64,000 bases of DNA from positions 46,934,001 to 46,998,000 of the forward strand of contig NC_043006.1 of assembly GCF_006345805.1 (NCBI RefSeq), read 5' to 3'. A program made the position numbers and the translations under genes. Below the pieces are notes generated by a model. That model ran no database searches. It was not told the origin of the DNA and saw nothing but the letters and a program-made list of their open reading frames with translations. The stretch is from Octopus sinensis (Eukaryota). Below are positions 1 through 11,000 of the stretch, in pieces (the first letter of the stretch is position 1; every line of letters starts with the position of its first letter).

Positions 1-199
1 TCTTCTTTCAATCAGGACTCACGCCATTAGCCACAAAGAATAATCTCTACTTCGAGCCTACTCTAAGCTACTAAGAATGCGTGTGGCAACTTGAAGATCC
101 ACCTACCACACGCGATAGACTGGCGGTTGCACGGGCGCAAAAGATACGTTGTTATCCTTATTTCGTAAACGGTAGCTTTTAACGGGTAGAGAGCTGAAC

Positions 200-484
200 C
201 ATCCTGGGGTACAGAGGACTCACAATCTAGACTAGGGTCTGAACGTTTACCACACCATAGTGGATTACACCATAGTTCCTCTGCTTTGTGGTAGAAGTAG
301 GAAGAAAGAGAGAGAGAGAAAGTTGTGGTGAAAGAGTGTCAGCGGAGTTCACCCACCCCGCCGGAGCCTTGTGGATCTTAGGTGTTTTTGCCCAATAAAC
401 ACTCACAATGCCCAGTCTTGGAATCGAAACCGCGTTCTTACAACCGCGAGTCTGCTGCTCTAACCGCTGGGCCATTACGCCGCC
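200..484 (-). mobile_element. tRNA-derived SINE (family D here)
   Basis: Minus strand reads GGCGTAATGGCCCAGCGGTTAGAGCAGCAGACTCGCGG...GGTTTCGATTCC (A-box/B-box-like), then AAAACACCTAAGATCCACAAGGCTCCGGC. The same head and body occur at 42273-42400. Left boundary uncertain. Confidence 0.8.
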
Positions 485-838
485 ACGGGTGCTGCCGTTG
501 CTCATACAGTTATCATACAGACCTCAATTCCTCAAATGATTCGAATAAAATCACTTACAGACGCAATCATACCTCTGACAGCCATGCTCACTTTACCTTT
601 TGATTTTTTTGCTACTCGGAATATGTCGGTCCCACGACAACTACATTCAATAATCCGCGTCTTCATTCTCCTCTCATGTATTCACTCAATCCAGGATATA
701 CACTAACTGTTATGACAAGCCCATACACGTCAGAAAGTCGGTTCGCTGGGAGTCCTACCTAGGCCCCGTCTTTTATGCAATTATCGATCTGTTTAGATCA
801 AATATTACTACCATCAACTCCACTCAGCTTGGAGGGGC

Positions 839-1915
839 AGAGTATTTTGGTCACGACCCCTTCTTCTAGACCATAGCTTCTGCAACATATCTTTATCTAC
901 AGACCTCTTTGATTCGTATTTTTTCCGGTGAGTACTCATAACCAAACGATGCTTAAAATATCCTACTATAATATTTATAATCAAATATTATTAGGAACTG
1001 TATTTAAAATATTGTTAAGATATTCGGTGTATTGTCGAAGTATACTCAATTTACAAAATCTTACACGGACCCCCCCAAGAACTACATATTGTGAACCACT
1101 GCTCGTGACCCAGTATGTAACGATATCAACATGAAAGAAAAAGAACACGTTTTTTCACAGAAGTTTGTCTCATTTTTTGATCTTTTCTGTTTGAATGGCA
1201 GTTTTTAACATAATTTCTAGGTAACTAAAAAATTTTAAACTTCGTATACTGGTAGAATGTGTTTATAAAACATCTTTTTCTCTTGGCTTTATTGAGAAAA
1301 TTCTATAGTTTGTAAGATATTTGTTGTTGTCTTTCTTCAATTTCTGCAATTTCAACCAATCAGTGACGTGTATTGAGGTAAAAAACATTCTGTGCCGTAT
1401 GAATATGTCCCACGTTTAAGAAACAGATTGGGTTTATTTACATTTGTGAAGAAAAAAAGATACCCTTCCCCCCACCCTAACCCTAACCCTAAAAGAGATT
1501 GAAATGCAATAGATCGATACTAGGGGCATAATCATGGGTGACAATTTCATATGACACCGCTAGAAAAACTGCCGTTCAAATCGAAAAGATCCTAGAATAT
1601 TTTGGCCAGAGCATTGCTTCTGAACCATATCTTTTTCTACAGACCTCTTTGATTCGTATTTTATCCAGTGGGTACTCATAACCAAACGATGCTTAAAAAA
1701 TCCTACTATAATATTTCTAATCAAATATTATTAGGAACTGTATTTAAAATATTTTAAGATATTCGGTGCATTGCCGAAGTATACTCAATTTACAAAATCT
1801 TACATGGACCTCCCAAGAACCACATGTTGTGTACCACTGCTCGTGACCCAATATGTAACGATAACAACATGAAAGAAAAAGAACACGTTTTTCACAGAAG
1901 TTTGTCTCATTTTTT
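839..1915 (+). repeat. Direct duplication of a ~330-bp unit (839-1178 and 1594-1915) separated by a MITE
   Basis: Long shared blocks, e.g. CTACAGACCTCTTTGATTCGTATTTT, GTACTCATAACCAAACGATGCTTAAAA and CACAGAAGTTTGTCTCATTTTTT, in both copies with scattered substitutions. Confidence 0.9.
1179..1591. mobile_element. Non-autonomous TIR element (MITE, 413 bp) with internal (CCCTAA)3
   Basis: 28-bp TIRs at 1179-1206 (GATCTTTTCTGTTTGAATGGCAGTTTTT) and 1564-1591, with 3 mismatches. No ORF. CCCTAACCCTAACCCTAA at 1475-1492. Confidence 0.8.
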
Positions 1916-3684
1916 ATTTAGGTCTCAATTTTGGCATTTAGATTAAATTTATATATGTGAACTACCATATCAAAGAAATACCACTTATGAAATGACCCTA
2001 TACAGAAGACTTTTGTAATATCAGTGCTGGCCAATGCTGTGAAATTTTATCCCTTTGCATGTAACTAGTCTGGTGCAACTCTGTGGTATTATGCACCGAA
2101 ACTAACACATCAATTACTTTCATAGTTGCAGAAATTAAGAGGCGATAATCAATTAAGCATATTTGATTCAAGCCAATTAATCTTTCCTTACAATATTCCA
2201 TGCTGTATATCATTAAATCTGATGTATAATATTTCACTTGCATGTCACTGTACTGCTTTAATTTCTTGACACTTGATTTATGTGAAATAATTAGATAAAC
2301 AAACACCAAAATATTTATTTATTGGCTGTATCATACAAACGTTACATTCCGGAAGCCTAGATTCAAACGATAACTTGTTCATCAAGTTCATTCGTTTTGG
2401 TCCCCGAGGAGAAAGCACTGGGAGAGAGGACTGAGTGACTAAAAGAACGAGCTATTAAACTGTTATGGCGATTATTAATTAATGTTGCAGTTAATCTATA
2501 TAAGCATAGGTAATTATGAAATAATTGCTTAAAAATCTGAAGTTTTACATTAACATAGGAAAATGGGCGGTAAAATTAGGTGGCTTACATGATTGGAATT
2601 ATTCAATTATAGTTTATGAACAGAGATATACTACTTAGATATTACAACGTTCTTAGTTCAAATCCCACCGGTGATAAAATGACTTTCAGTTTTACGCGAA
2701 TAAATATGTTTGTACTTATAAAATGGTCGTCAAAATTTAATTACACGTAACATGATGAAGGAACTAGAGGCAATCTCCAGGTCATTTTGGTACGTCAAAT
2801 GGTATTGATTCCCTGAAGATTTGCAGTCGTCATGTATGTAATATTGTGTATTAAAGTCTCCAAGCATCTGAAATAATTTATGCAAAATGCTGACAAAAGC
2901 TCGTAGTTGCGCTTAAACACTGAGAAATACTTCCAATAACACAACCAAACAATAGCTTGGAAAAATATACGCAATGCCATTGTGTTAGTAAGCAGCCGTT
3001 CTTGTCGTGAAGCAGTAGATCGTGTTATTAAGCAGTAGGCCGTGTTGCCAACCAGCACATTCCGCTGTTAATGGCGAAAGCAATATAAATATTTGGGTCA
3101 TATAGTATCTTCACTACGAATCATATTTTACTGATTTATATTCTCAAGAAATACGTCACTTATTCTGACAGTAATGAAAGAGAATATATGTCTGAGATTT
3201 TGATTCCATTTTCTCCTTTTTTGTTTGTTTGTAGTGTATAGCATGCTGTCACTAGGAAGCTTGATAAATCTTCAAAGTTTTATATAGGAAGTAAAATTAT
3301 TATATTGTTAGGAGTCTGTAGTTAATGTCGTTTACCTAATAAATCCCAGTTGTGCCCTGTTTAAGTAAAGTTTCACCGGTGTTGGTTTGTTTATGTTCAT
3401 ATAACTTAGGTATTCGGTGATAAAATTTCATGCAATAGGCACAGAGTGTGAAAGAAAATTATTAACTGTTTGGGGGCGGGCGCGGACTTGTTCGACTAAA
3501 CCCTTCCATGCGGTGTCATATCATGGCCACCGTTGCTGGCAAATATATGAGACTATGAAGAGATTATAAAATCGCCAACTCCAACTTCAACTTCATGATT
3601 AGCACTACTTATGCGATCATTTAGCTCGTTGTTCCTTTCTAAATATATCGTGATATTAGTTTTGAGATATTACAATAATTAAAT

Positions 3685-3873
3685 AAATAAAAATGAATGT
3701 TCCTTATCGAGCCATGCCAGGCTCATAAGGGCGGGTTTCCTGGTTTCAGTGGCGTAGAAATTCCCCACATGGACGGGACGCCAGTCCGTCGCAGGATTTC
3801 TCATTGTTGCCAGGTGAGTAGACTGGGGCAACGTGAAATGAAGTGTTTTGCTCAAGAAAGGAAGTGTTTTGCT
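3685..3873 (-). mobile_element. SINE body and tail without head
   Basis: TTGAGCAAAACACTTCATTTCACGTTG is shared with the SINEs at 47080 and 53945. The tail GCGACGGACTGGCGTCCCGTCC...GCCACTGAAACCAGGAAAC...ATGAGCCTGGC is shared with 42435-42535. Confidence 0.7.
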
Positions 3874-4348
3874 CACCGAAAATGAAAATTTCAAAATTCT
3901 GTGGGATGCAATGATTCAGTGCGATTACCTGACCAGATATCGGAAACCGGACATTGATGTGGTGAATAAAAAAGAAACAACATGCATTATAATTGGCATG
4001 CCCCGGCGATAACAGGATCAATGTGAAAGAAGAAGAAAAATTTAAACAACTATGACGGTTTGAAATGGGAAATACGAAAGTTTTGTTCAATGAAGAGAGT
4101 AGACGTGATACGAATAGTAATTGGTGCACTTGGAAGTATCAGTACTCAAGTACCAACAGGTCTGAAAATGATTGGTGCAAGTTTGAATGTAGAACACCTA
4201 CAAAGATCCCCACTGCTTGGAACTGCAAGAGTTCTTTGCAGGGTTCTTGAAGAATAACCAGTAAACAAGTATCACCTTAGTCTGCTGGCTGTGGACAGCT
4301 GACACTTTCCATCATAACCAGCAAAATAAACTGTGAGATTTCCTCACA
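3874..4348 (+). mobile_element. 5'-truncated, frameshifted RLE non-LTR retrotransposon (R4/Dong-like), endonuclease end plus 3' UTR
   Basis: Reads ENENFKILWD...RKPDIDVVNKKETTCIII...IVIGALG...LQRSPLLGTARVLCRVLEE* (stop 4255-4257), then a short UTR and a (TAA)n tail from ~4349. Confidence 0.85.
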
Positions 4349-4385
4349 TAATAATAATAATAATAATAGTGATAATAATCATAAT

Positions 4386-4589
4386 GGTTTCAAATTTTGC
4401 CACAAGGGCAGCCATTTTAGGAGCTGGGTATGTCGATTACATTGACCGCCAGTGTTTCACTGGTACATAATTTATCGACTCCTAAAGGAAAAGTCTACCT
4501 CGGCAGAATTTAAACTCAGTATATAGCGATGGGCAAAATACATTTAAGCATTTTCCCCAAGGTACTAACGATTCTGTCAGCTCGCTGCC

Positions 4590-4591
<2 letters not shown>
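4386..4591 (-). mobile_element. SINE family A (degenerate copy)
   Basis: Reverse complement of the AAGGCRGCGAGCTG...GAGTTYAAATTCYGCCGAGGT...GTCGATAAA...GTACCAGT consensus seen at 8213, 18391 and 51458. Confidence 0.8.
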
Positions 4592-4625
<34 letters not shown>

Positions 4626-4630
4626 TGATG

Positions 4631-4670
<40 letters not shown>

Positions 4671-4672
4671 TG

Positions 4673-4717
<45 letters not shown>
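4592..4717. repeat. (TAA)n microsatellite
   Basis: Direct reading; lies at the 5' junction of the RLE LINE fragment. Confidence 0.95.
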
Positions 4718-5703
4718 TACAAATATGAAGAAGAAGAAGAAGAAGAAGAAGAAGATGAAGAAACAACAAAAGCTATAAAACAAAATGAAATCCAAATTAA
4801 AAATAGAACAGCAACGAACCATAATAAAACGATGGCAAGAAAAGCCCCTTCATGGCAAATACTGGACTAAACTAAATGCAAAAGAAATAGACAAAGTAAA
4901 ATCCCAACAATGGTTGAGAAGCTCAGGACTCAAAGCAGAGACAGAGGGATTTTTAATTGCAGCACAAGACCAAAGCCTCCCCACCAGAAATTACCAAAAA
5001 CATGTAATGAAAAGAAATATAACAAGTAACTGCAGAATATGTGGAGATGGACAAGAAACAATAAATCATATTATCTTTGGCTACCCAGTGCTGGCTAAGA
5101 AGGAATATATTCACAGACACGACAGAGTTGGGACCTATATACACTGGAAACTACGTCAACATTATGGAATAACAACAGAAAAAAGATGGTATAGGCACAC
5201 ACCAGAAAAGGTCACAGAAAACGACAAAGCAACCATACTCTGGGATATGCCGATACACACAGATAGAGAAATTAAGGCCAACAGACCAGATATAGTTGTC
5301 AGAGATCATGAAGAAAAAAAATGTTTCTAATTGATGTATCAATACCAGCGGATGACAACGTGTCTCTAAAAGAAATGAAGAAACTTTCAAAATACAAAGA
5401 CCTGGAAATAGAGGTAACCAGAATGTGGAATCTAAAAACAGAAACAATTCCTATCAATAGGTGCATTAGGCATGATAAAAACATATTCAGACAAATACAT
5501 AACAAAAACACCAGGACTTACAAACACATATAACATACAGAAAATTGCACTACTAGGCACTGCACACATCCTACGCAGAACACTTTCCATACAATAACCA
5601 TCAGAGCATCACAACAAATCACAGCACATACCCAAGGCACACAGAGCTGCGCTCGGTAGTGAAGTGAAAGCACGATATAAAAAATATCCAAAAAATACTA
5701 TTG
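4718..5703 (+). mobile_element. 5'-truncated RLE non-LTR retrotransposon (R4/Dong-like): zinc knuckle, PD-(D/E)xK endonuclease, 3' UTR
   Basis: ORFs 4785-5330 and 5321-5533 give LHGKY, ETEGFLIAAQDQSL, CRICGDGQETINHIIFGY (CCHC with the last C lost), RHD, ILWD, RPDIVV, LIDVSIP and KLSKYKDL. After a further frameshift: QKIALLGTAHILRRTLSIQ* (stop 5595-5597). Flanked on both sides by (TAA)n. Confidence 0.93.
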
Positions 5704-5721
5704 AATAATATAATAATAATA

Positions 5722-5756
<35 letters not shown>

Positions 5757-5763
5757 AATGATA

Positions 5764-5794
<31 letters not shown>

Positions 5795-5882
5795 TAATAA
5801 TATAATAATAATAATATAATAATAATAATAATAATAAAACTAATAATAATAATAATAATAATAATAACAACAACAAGAATAA
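5704..5882. repeat. (TAA)n/(TGA)n compound microsatellite
   Basis: Direct reading; tail or target of the upstream LINE. Confidence 0.95.
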
Positions 5883-6220
5883 CAAATTCCACGAAAACAT
5901 ACTATGTAATTCCAAAACCATTTCCATTTGTAAACATAGAAAAGTAATTTTAAATGCATAAAATAGCAAACACATTATGCTGCCATCTTAAGATCGCATT
6001 ATCATCTTATAAACAAACTACTTTTAGATAAAACTTTTAGTTTACTTACTTTTTGCCAAATATTCTCTCGAATAACACTGTAAATATTCATAAGCATGGC
6101 AGTTATTAACCACCCTAGGCATAATAACGGCTTTAACTTCGAATTATTGTCATTTGAAGTCTCCACAGGAAACTTGGAGTCAAATTGTATAAACGCGCAG
6201 AGCACACACACGTGCGTATA

Positions 6221-6945
6221 CGTTAAAGATTTCTAAGTACGTGGCTCTTCGCTATGCAGACACAATATACCACAAGGTATCCTAAATGCTTTTCATAAGT
6301 CAGTACCACGTTCCATTTGCATTATTTTCTGAAGGTTATTCCAACAGATGTTCTATAGAAATTACAGCCAGCTCTCCTTTTTTCTACGTTTCGTATCGAG
6401 ACGACAGATGTAAACAGACAATGTGATCGAAAACAAAAGTGGGTAATGTTTACATGCCATATTTCGGGGATCATTTCCGCTTCTTCAGCACTCATCTAAC
6501 CCACCATTGCTCCCGAACAAATTACATATATGGCATATACACTGATTATCTACTTCTGTCTTCGGTCACATCGTCTGTTCACATCCTATAAAATATGTGT
6601 AGACACAACCTTAACAAAAATACTACAGTATTTTGTTAAGGTTGTGTCTTACAAGCGCACGGCTGACGCAATTGATCACGTACCTAGAAATCTTTAATGC
6701 TTACATAACGGCTCCAGGAATGTATCTATTATATAAATTGGTATATCCAATAATTTAACACCACTGTATGCAGTGGCTATATAAGCAATGTGTTAGGTGA
6801 CAATGGTGAGTTATACGAGTGCTGAAGTGGGGGCAACAACCCCCGAAATATGGCATATGCAGTCATTAGCCAATTTTGCTTTCCATCACATTGTCTGCTT
6901 ACGTCTGACGTCTCAATACGAAACGTTGTAGCAGAAATAAGTGCT
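6221..6945. mobile_element. Two inverted copies of a repeat with a hammerhead-like core (possibly Penelope-like terminal repeat) around a 22-bp hairpin
   Basis: ~6385-6545 is the reverse complement of ~6765-6930 (shared ATCACATTGTCTG, GAGTGCTGAAG and CCCCGAAATATGGCAT). 6221-6243 is the inverse of 6678-6700. Hairpin at 6601-6649. Confidence 0.6.
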
Positions 6946-6949
6946 AGCT

Positions 6950-7515
6950 ATCTATGGTTGATAAATTCATTTACCTTGGATCAGCTCTAACTGATATCTC
7001 TCACAGCTCAAACAGTGACATCATAGACAGAAGGAGAGCAACATGCAGAGTAATGCCACAGCTTTTGGTCGTCTGACATCAACGCAACAGCAAAGAAAAA
7101 TATGTACAAAATTCTTGTGTCTTCCGAAGTTTACTTGTGGATGCGAGACAAGGGTAACAAATATGAATGGGCAAAGGCAATGTTGAACACTTTTCACACC
7201 CGAAAACTGAGTAAAATATATCAGACATCCTTTAACAACTAGGTTTCCAATGATACATCGTACTAAATAGGTGACGAAAACCAAATGAGCGCGGGGATAA
7301 AGAACGCTGGCTGTGATGAATTGGTCTCCAATTACAACACCCACTCAATGCATGTTGTCAACATTACCTGCTACTTAACACCCTACAAGGAGGGAAGCGC
7401 GGGAGTGAACGACCAAGTACGACTTACCACCGTCTGATTTCTACAGACTGCGGAATATCTCTCAGTGTAATACTTCTAGTGGCTGAAGATGGAAATGAGC
7501 GCGAAACCTTTAAAT
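6950..7515 (+). mobile_element. Decayed RTE-clade-like LINE, RT C-terminal region
   Basis: Broken translation VDKFIYLGSAL...AFGRL...KMYKILV.LPKFTCGCET...LNTFHTRKLSKI...GKRGSERPSTTY matches the YLGS / AFG.L / LLYGCETW / FH..LR.I / GRP..W pattern of RTE-type ORFs. Many stops and frameshifts. Confidence 0.7.
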
Positions 7516-7597
7516 AAACTATGTCTGCCGATGACTGATTATAATTTTCTTCCGTATTAGTCATACCTTGTTGAACTTTGAATAATAAATATATATA

Positions 7598-7800
7598 TAC
7601 GAGGGGTGGCTGCACAATTCGTGACTTTAAGAGTATCGCAAAGGGCATGGCTGGAGGCTCAGACTTCCGAGTTCTTTTACAGGGCCTGCAAAACTGAAGG
7701 ACCGTTGCAATAACTATGTTAATCTTCGAAGGCAATATGTTGAATAAAATCATAATTAATTGATTCTACTCTATTTTATTTTCCCTGAGGCCAGATAAGC
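7598..7800 (+). mobile_element. Short mariner-derived non-autonomous element
   Basis: Starts TACGAGGGGTG. Contains GPAKLKDRCNNYVNLRRQYVE*, resembling a mariner C-terminus. Related copy at 30406-30575 (shared TTCTTTTACAGG and TAAAATCATAATTAAT). Confidence 0.6.
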
Positions 7801-8212
7801 CAACAAATTATATATGTACATGTATATATATATTATATATATATATGTGTGTGTGTATGTGTGTGTGCGCGTGTGTGTGTAACATACGAAAAATGCTGAC
7901 GATTTTGCTAGATAGCTTTATTCAAATTTCGATTGTTTCCAAGGCGATGTTACGTAATATTAGAGTTAATTTATCAAGTATTTCTCTATGAAAATAAGTT
8001 TGTAGATGAAGATAGTAGATAACATATCAAATTCGATCCTTAAATTTAAAATGGAGTATGTTTATGAAATTTTATCTCTAAATTTAGAGCAGAAAAACCA
8101 TATCAATATTGATGTATAATTTACAAAAGAAAACGATATTAGGAAAGATAATAGATTTAACACTTAAAACGCAGTAAACCGGTATTGATGTTTGTGGGGT
8201 AGAATAGTCTCT

Positions 8213-8631
8213 AGGCGGGAAGCTGACAGAAACGTTAGCACGCCGGGTGAAATGCTTAGCGGTATTTCGTCCGCCGTTACGTTGTGAGTTCAAATTCCGC
8301 CGAGGTCGATTTTGCCTTTCATCCTTTCGGGGTCGATTAAATAAGTACCAGTTACGCACTGGGGACGATATAATCGACTTAATACGTTTATCTGTCCTTG
8401 TTTGTCCTCTCTGTGTTTAGCCCCTTGTAGGTAGTAAAGAAATAGGTAATTAATCTGCCGCTACGTTCTGAGTTCAAATTCCTCCGAGGTTGACTTTGCC
8501 TTTCATCCTTTCGGAGTCGATAAAGTAAGTACCAGTTGCGTACTTAAGTCGATGTAATAGGCTTAACCCCTTTGCCTGTTCTTGTTTGTCCCCTCTATGT
8601 TTAGCCCCTTGTGGACAATAAAGAAATAAGC
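8213..8631 (+). mobile_element. SINE family A, dimeric copy with TSD
   Basis: tRNA-like head (GGCGGGAAGCTGACAGAAACGTTAG; GAGTTCAAATTCC), core GCCTTTCATCCTTTCGGGGTCGATTAAATAAGTACCAG, and body repeated twice. Direct repeat ATAGTCTCTAGG at 8204-8215 and 8632-8643. Confidence 0.9.
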
Positions 8632-9370
8632 ATAGTCTCTAGGTGAATTTTGTTATCAAAAATGAAAAAAAAAAAGCATATTGAAGACTCAACTTTGTAT
8701 ACCTTTTATAAAAGAACTAACGGCACTGAAGAGTCTATATGTCCTCCTGACCCAAAAATGATTCAAAATTACAAATACATTCTATGATCTAACTCACCAA
8801 TTGTAAAATATTATTAATGTTTAGAGAAACTAGAAATATATATATATATATATATTCATGACGGTCCAATTTGCAATTAACTTGCATCGGGATTTGTAGG
8901 TTAAATGCTTGTGTCGACGACAACTGGCAATAAAAGCGTGAAAACACGAACTAAAGAAACCAAACAGATTTGTGTTCATTTCCGCTACACTGTCCGTAAA
9001 TCCATCTAAGTTCTCAAGAATAGAACAAGATCTAGTGTAACTAGAATGAGTAAAGCTACTTGAAATGTAATTCAGAATACTAAATCTGGAAAGTAAAATA
9101 ATTGTTAAGTTTCCTGGTAGAGGATGTGAGTTATTCAGATAAAACGATATAAATCGTTAATGGATCTTGTCTATTATAAGTCTTCAACAAGACTATTAGA
9201 GAACAAGAAGAATATAAGTTTGCCAATCTCCTTAAAATAAGAACTATCTTTCACACTTATTTTAATAACTCAAGTGCTTTTATAGAAAATTCTAAATTGT
9301 TTTTCACAGCTACTTTTCTCTGCGATTATCTTCTACTGACACCATTATCAATCATTAGGTCATCATTCGG

Positions 9371-9383
9371 CACCACCACCACC

Positions 9384-9421
<38 letters not shown>

Positions 9422-9439
9422 CATATTATTATTATTATA

Positions 9440-9502
<63 letters not shown>

Positions 9503-9510
9503 CATTAGTA

Positions 9511-9571
<61 letters not shown>

Positions 9572-9605
9572 TATTATCATTATCATTATCATTATTATAT
9601 TATTA

Positions 9606-9663
<58 letters not shown>

Positions 9664-9679
9664 CATTATTATTATTATC
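9371..9679. repeat. (CAC)n(CAA)n(TTA)n compound microsatellite
   Basis: Direct reading. Confidence 0.95.
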
Positions 9680-9850
9680 AAGGCAACGACCTGACGGAAT
9701 CGTTAACACACCAAGCAAAATGCTAAGCGGCATTGCGTCCGTTATTATATTCTGAGTTCAAATTCCGCCGAGGTCGACTTAGCCTTTCAGCCTTTCATGC
9801 TTAATTAAGTAAATACCAGTGGAACACTTCGGTCAAAGTAATCGCTTAGT
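9680..9850 (+). mobile_element. SINE family A, 3'-incomplete
   Basis: TTCTGAGTTCAAATTCCGCCGAGGTCGACTTAGCCTTTCAGCCTTTC matches the family core. Confidence 0.8.
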
Positions 9851-9859
9851 TCTCTCTAT

Positions 9860-10022
9860 TTCTGCTTGTGATCAGAGATGCACATATCGTCAGCCACTAA
9901 AGAGCATGCTCAACTGGTTATGGTCAAACAACCGACAAGCAAATATGTGAAATTGAGCAGAATATCTGCTGTAGCCCTTCTTTTATACCAAGAGAAAACA
10001 ACGTACATTATAACACATCCAA
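9860..10022 (-). mobile_element. Fragment of the 556-bp TAA-embedded element
   Basis: Colinear with 28501-28663 (GTGATCAGAGATGCACATATCGTCAG, TGAGCAGAATAT.TGCTGTAGCCC, TACCAAGAGAAAACAA). Confidence 0.85.
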
Positions 10023-10029
10023 ACACAAG

Positions 10030-10512
10030 TAACCTTCGATGCTAAGAACCCTCCCAAGTATCTTGGTTGTCCCAAATAACAGTGTGTTCTGGAGCTGTAC
10101 TGAACTGGACTTTCTGCCTATTTTCTCTATCCATGTGTTCAAACCTGTAGCGATAGTTCCCAATGTCCCTATAACTAATGGGATGCATTTTAACTGCCTC
10201 TCCCATAGTCTCTATAATTCAGTGACTAGGTCCTGGTACTTTGCTATGTTTTTCTGTTCTCATATTGAACTTTTTCATCCTTTGGGACTGTAAAGTCAAT
10301 TATCTGGCACTTTTTGTTCTCTTTATCGACTACTACTAAATCAGGCCTTCTAGTTTCTATCGTCTATTTCTCTGTTAGTCTGAATGTTAGAGTCCCACAA
10401 CATTTTATATTTCTTACTTTCTAGTAAAATTTACTAGGTTCATGTTCATACCATTCATCAGTATGTTTAAATTCTAGTTTTCTATATAACTCCCAGTGGA
10501 TTACACTCCTTA
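10030..10512 (-). mobile_element. Third RLE (R4/Dong-like) LINE fragment, decayed
   Basis: Minus-strand translation across frameshifts: VIHWE...DEWYEH...KYKMLWDS...TRRPDLVVVDKENKKCQIIDFTVP...IAKYQDLVTEL*RLWERQLKCIPLVIGTLGT...QLQNTLLFGTTKILGRVLSI. Confidence 0.85.
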
Positions 10513-10547
10513 GGTTGTCGTCTTTTTTTTTTGTATTCTTTCTGTGC

Positions 10548-10579
<32 letters not shown>

Positions 10580-10587
10580 CCACCACC

Positions 10588-10621
<34 letters not shown>

Positions 10622-10633
10622 TTTTTATCATTA
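10548..10633. repeat. (CAT)n/(CAC)n microsatellite
   Basis: Direct reading. Confidence 0.95.
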
Positions 10634-10772
10634 TCGAATAATCCTATCAGGTGGTGCTATTAAGTTAGACATGGCCTGGACCAATCTCTGGTCGAAACAT
10701 ATCTAAGTTTATCTAAGTTTATCTAAGTTTATTATTGCTGTTTTTATTCTTGTTGTTGTTACTATTATCATT

Positions 10773-11000
10773 AAGTCGTCGAGATGGCAGAATCGGTAGA
10801 AACACCAGGAAAAATGCTTTGCGACATTTCGTCCGTCTTTACGTTCTGAATTCAAATTCTGCCGAGGTCGACTTTTCCTTTTATCATTTCGGGGCCAATA
10901 AAATAAATACCTGCTGAGCACTGAGGTCGATGAGATCGTCTAGCCCCTCACCCACCGCCACAAATTTCAGATCTCGTGCTTATCGTAGCGGGTATTATTA
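10773..11000 (+). mobile_element. SINE family A (alternative tail)
   Basis: TGGCAGAATCGGTAG...TTCAAATTCTGCCGAGGTCGACTTTTCCTTTTATCATTTCGGGG...AAATTTCAG; flanked by TTA-rich sequence. Confidence 0.75.

Noticed and set aside
1475-1492. Interstitial telomere
   Set aside because: Only three hexamers, internal to a TIR element.
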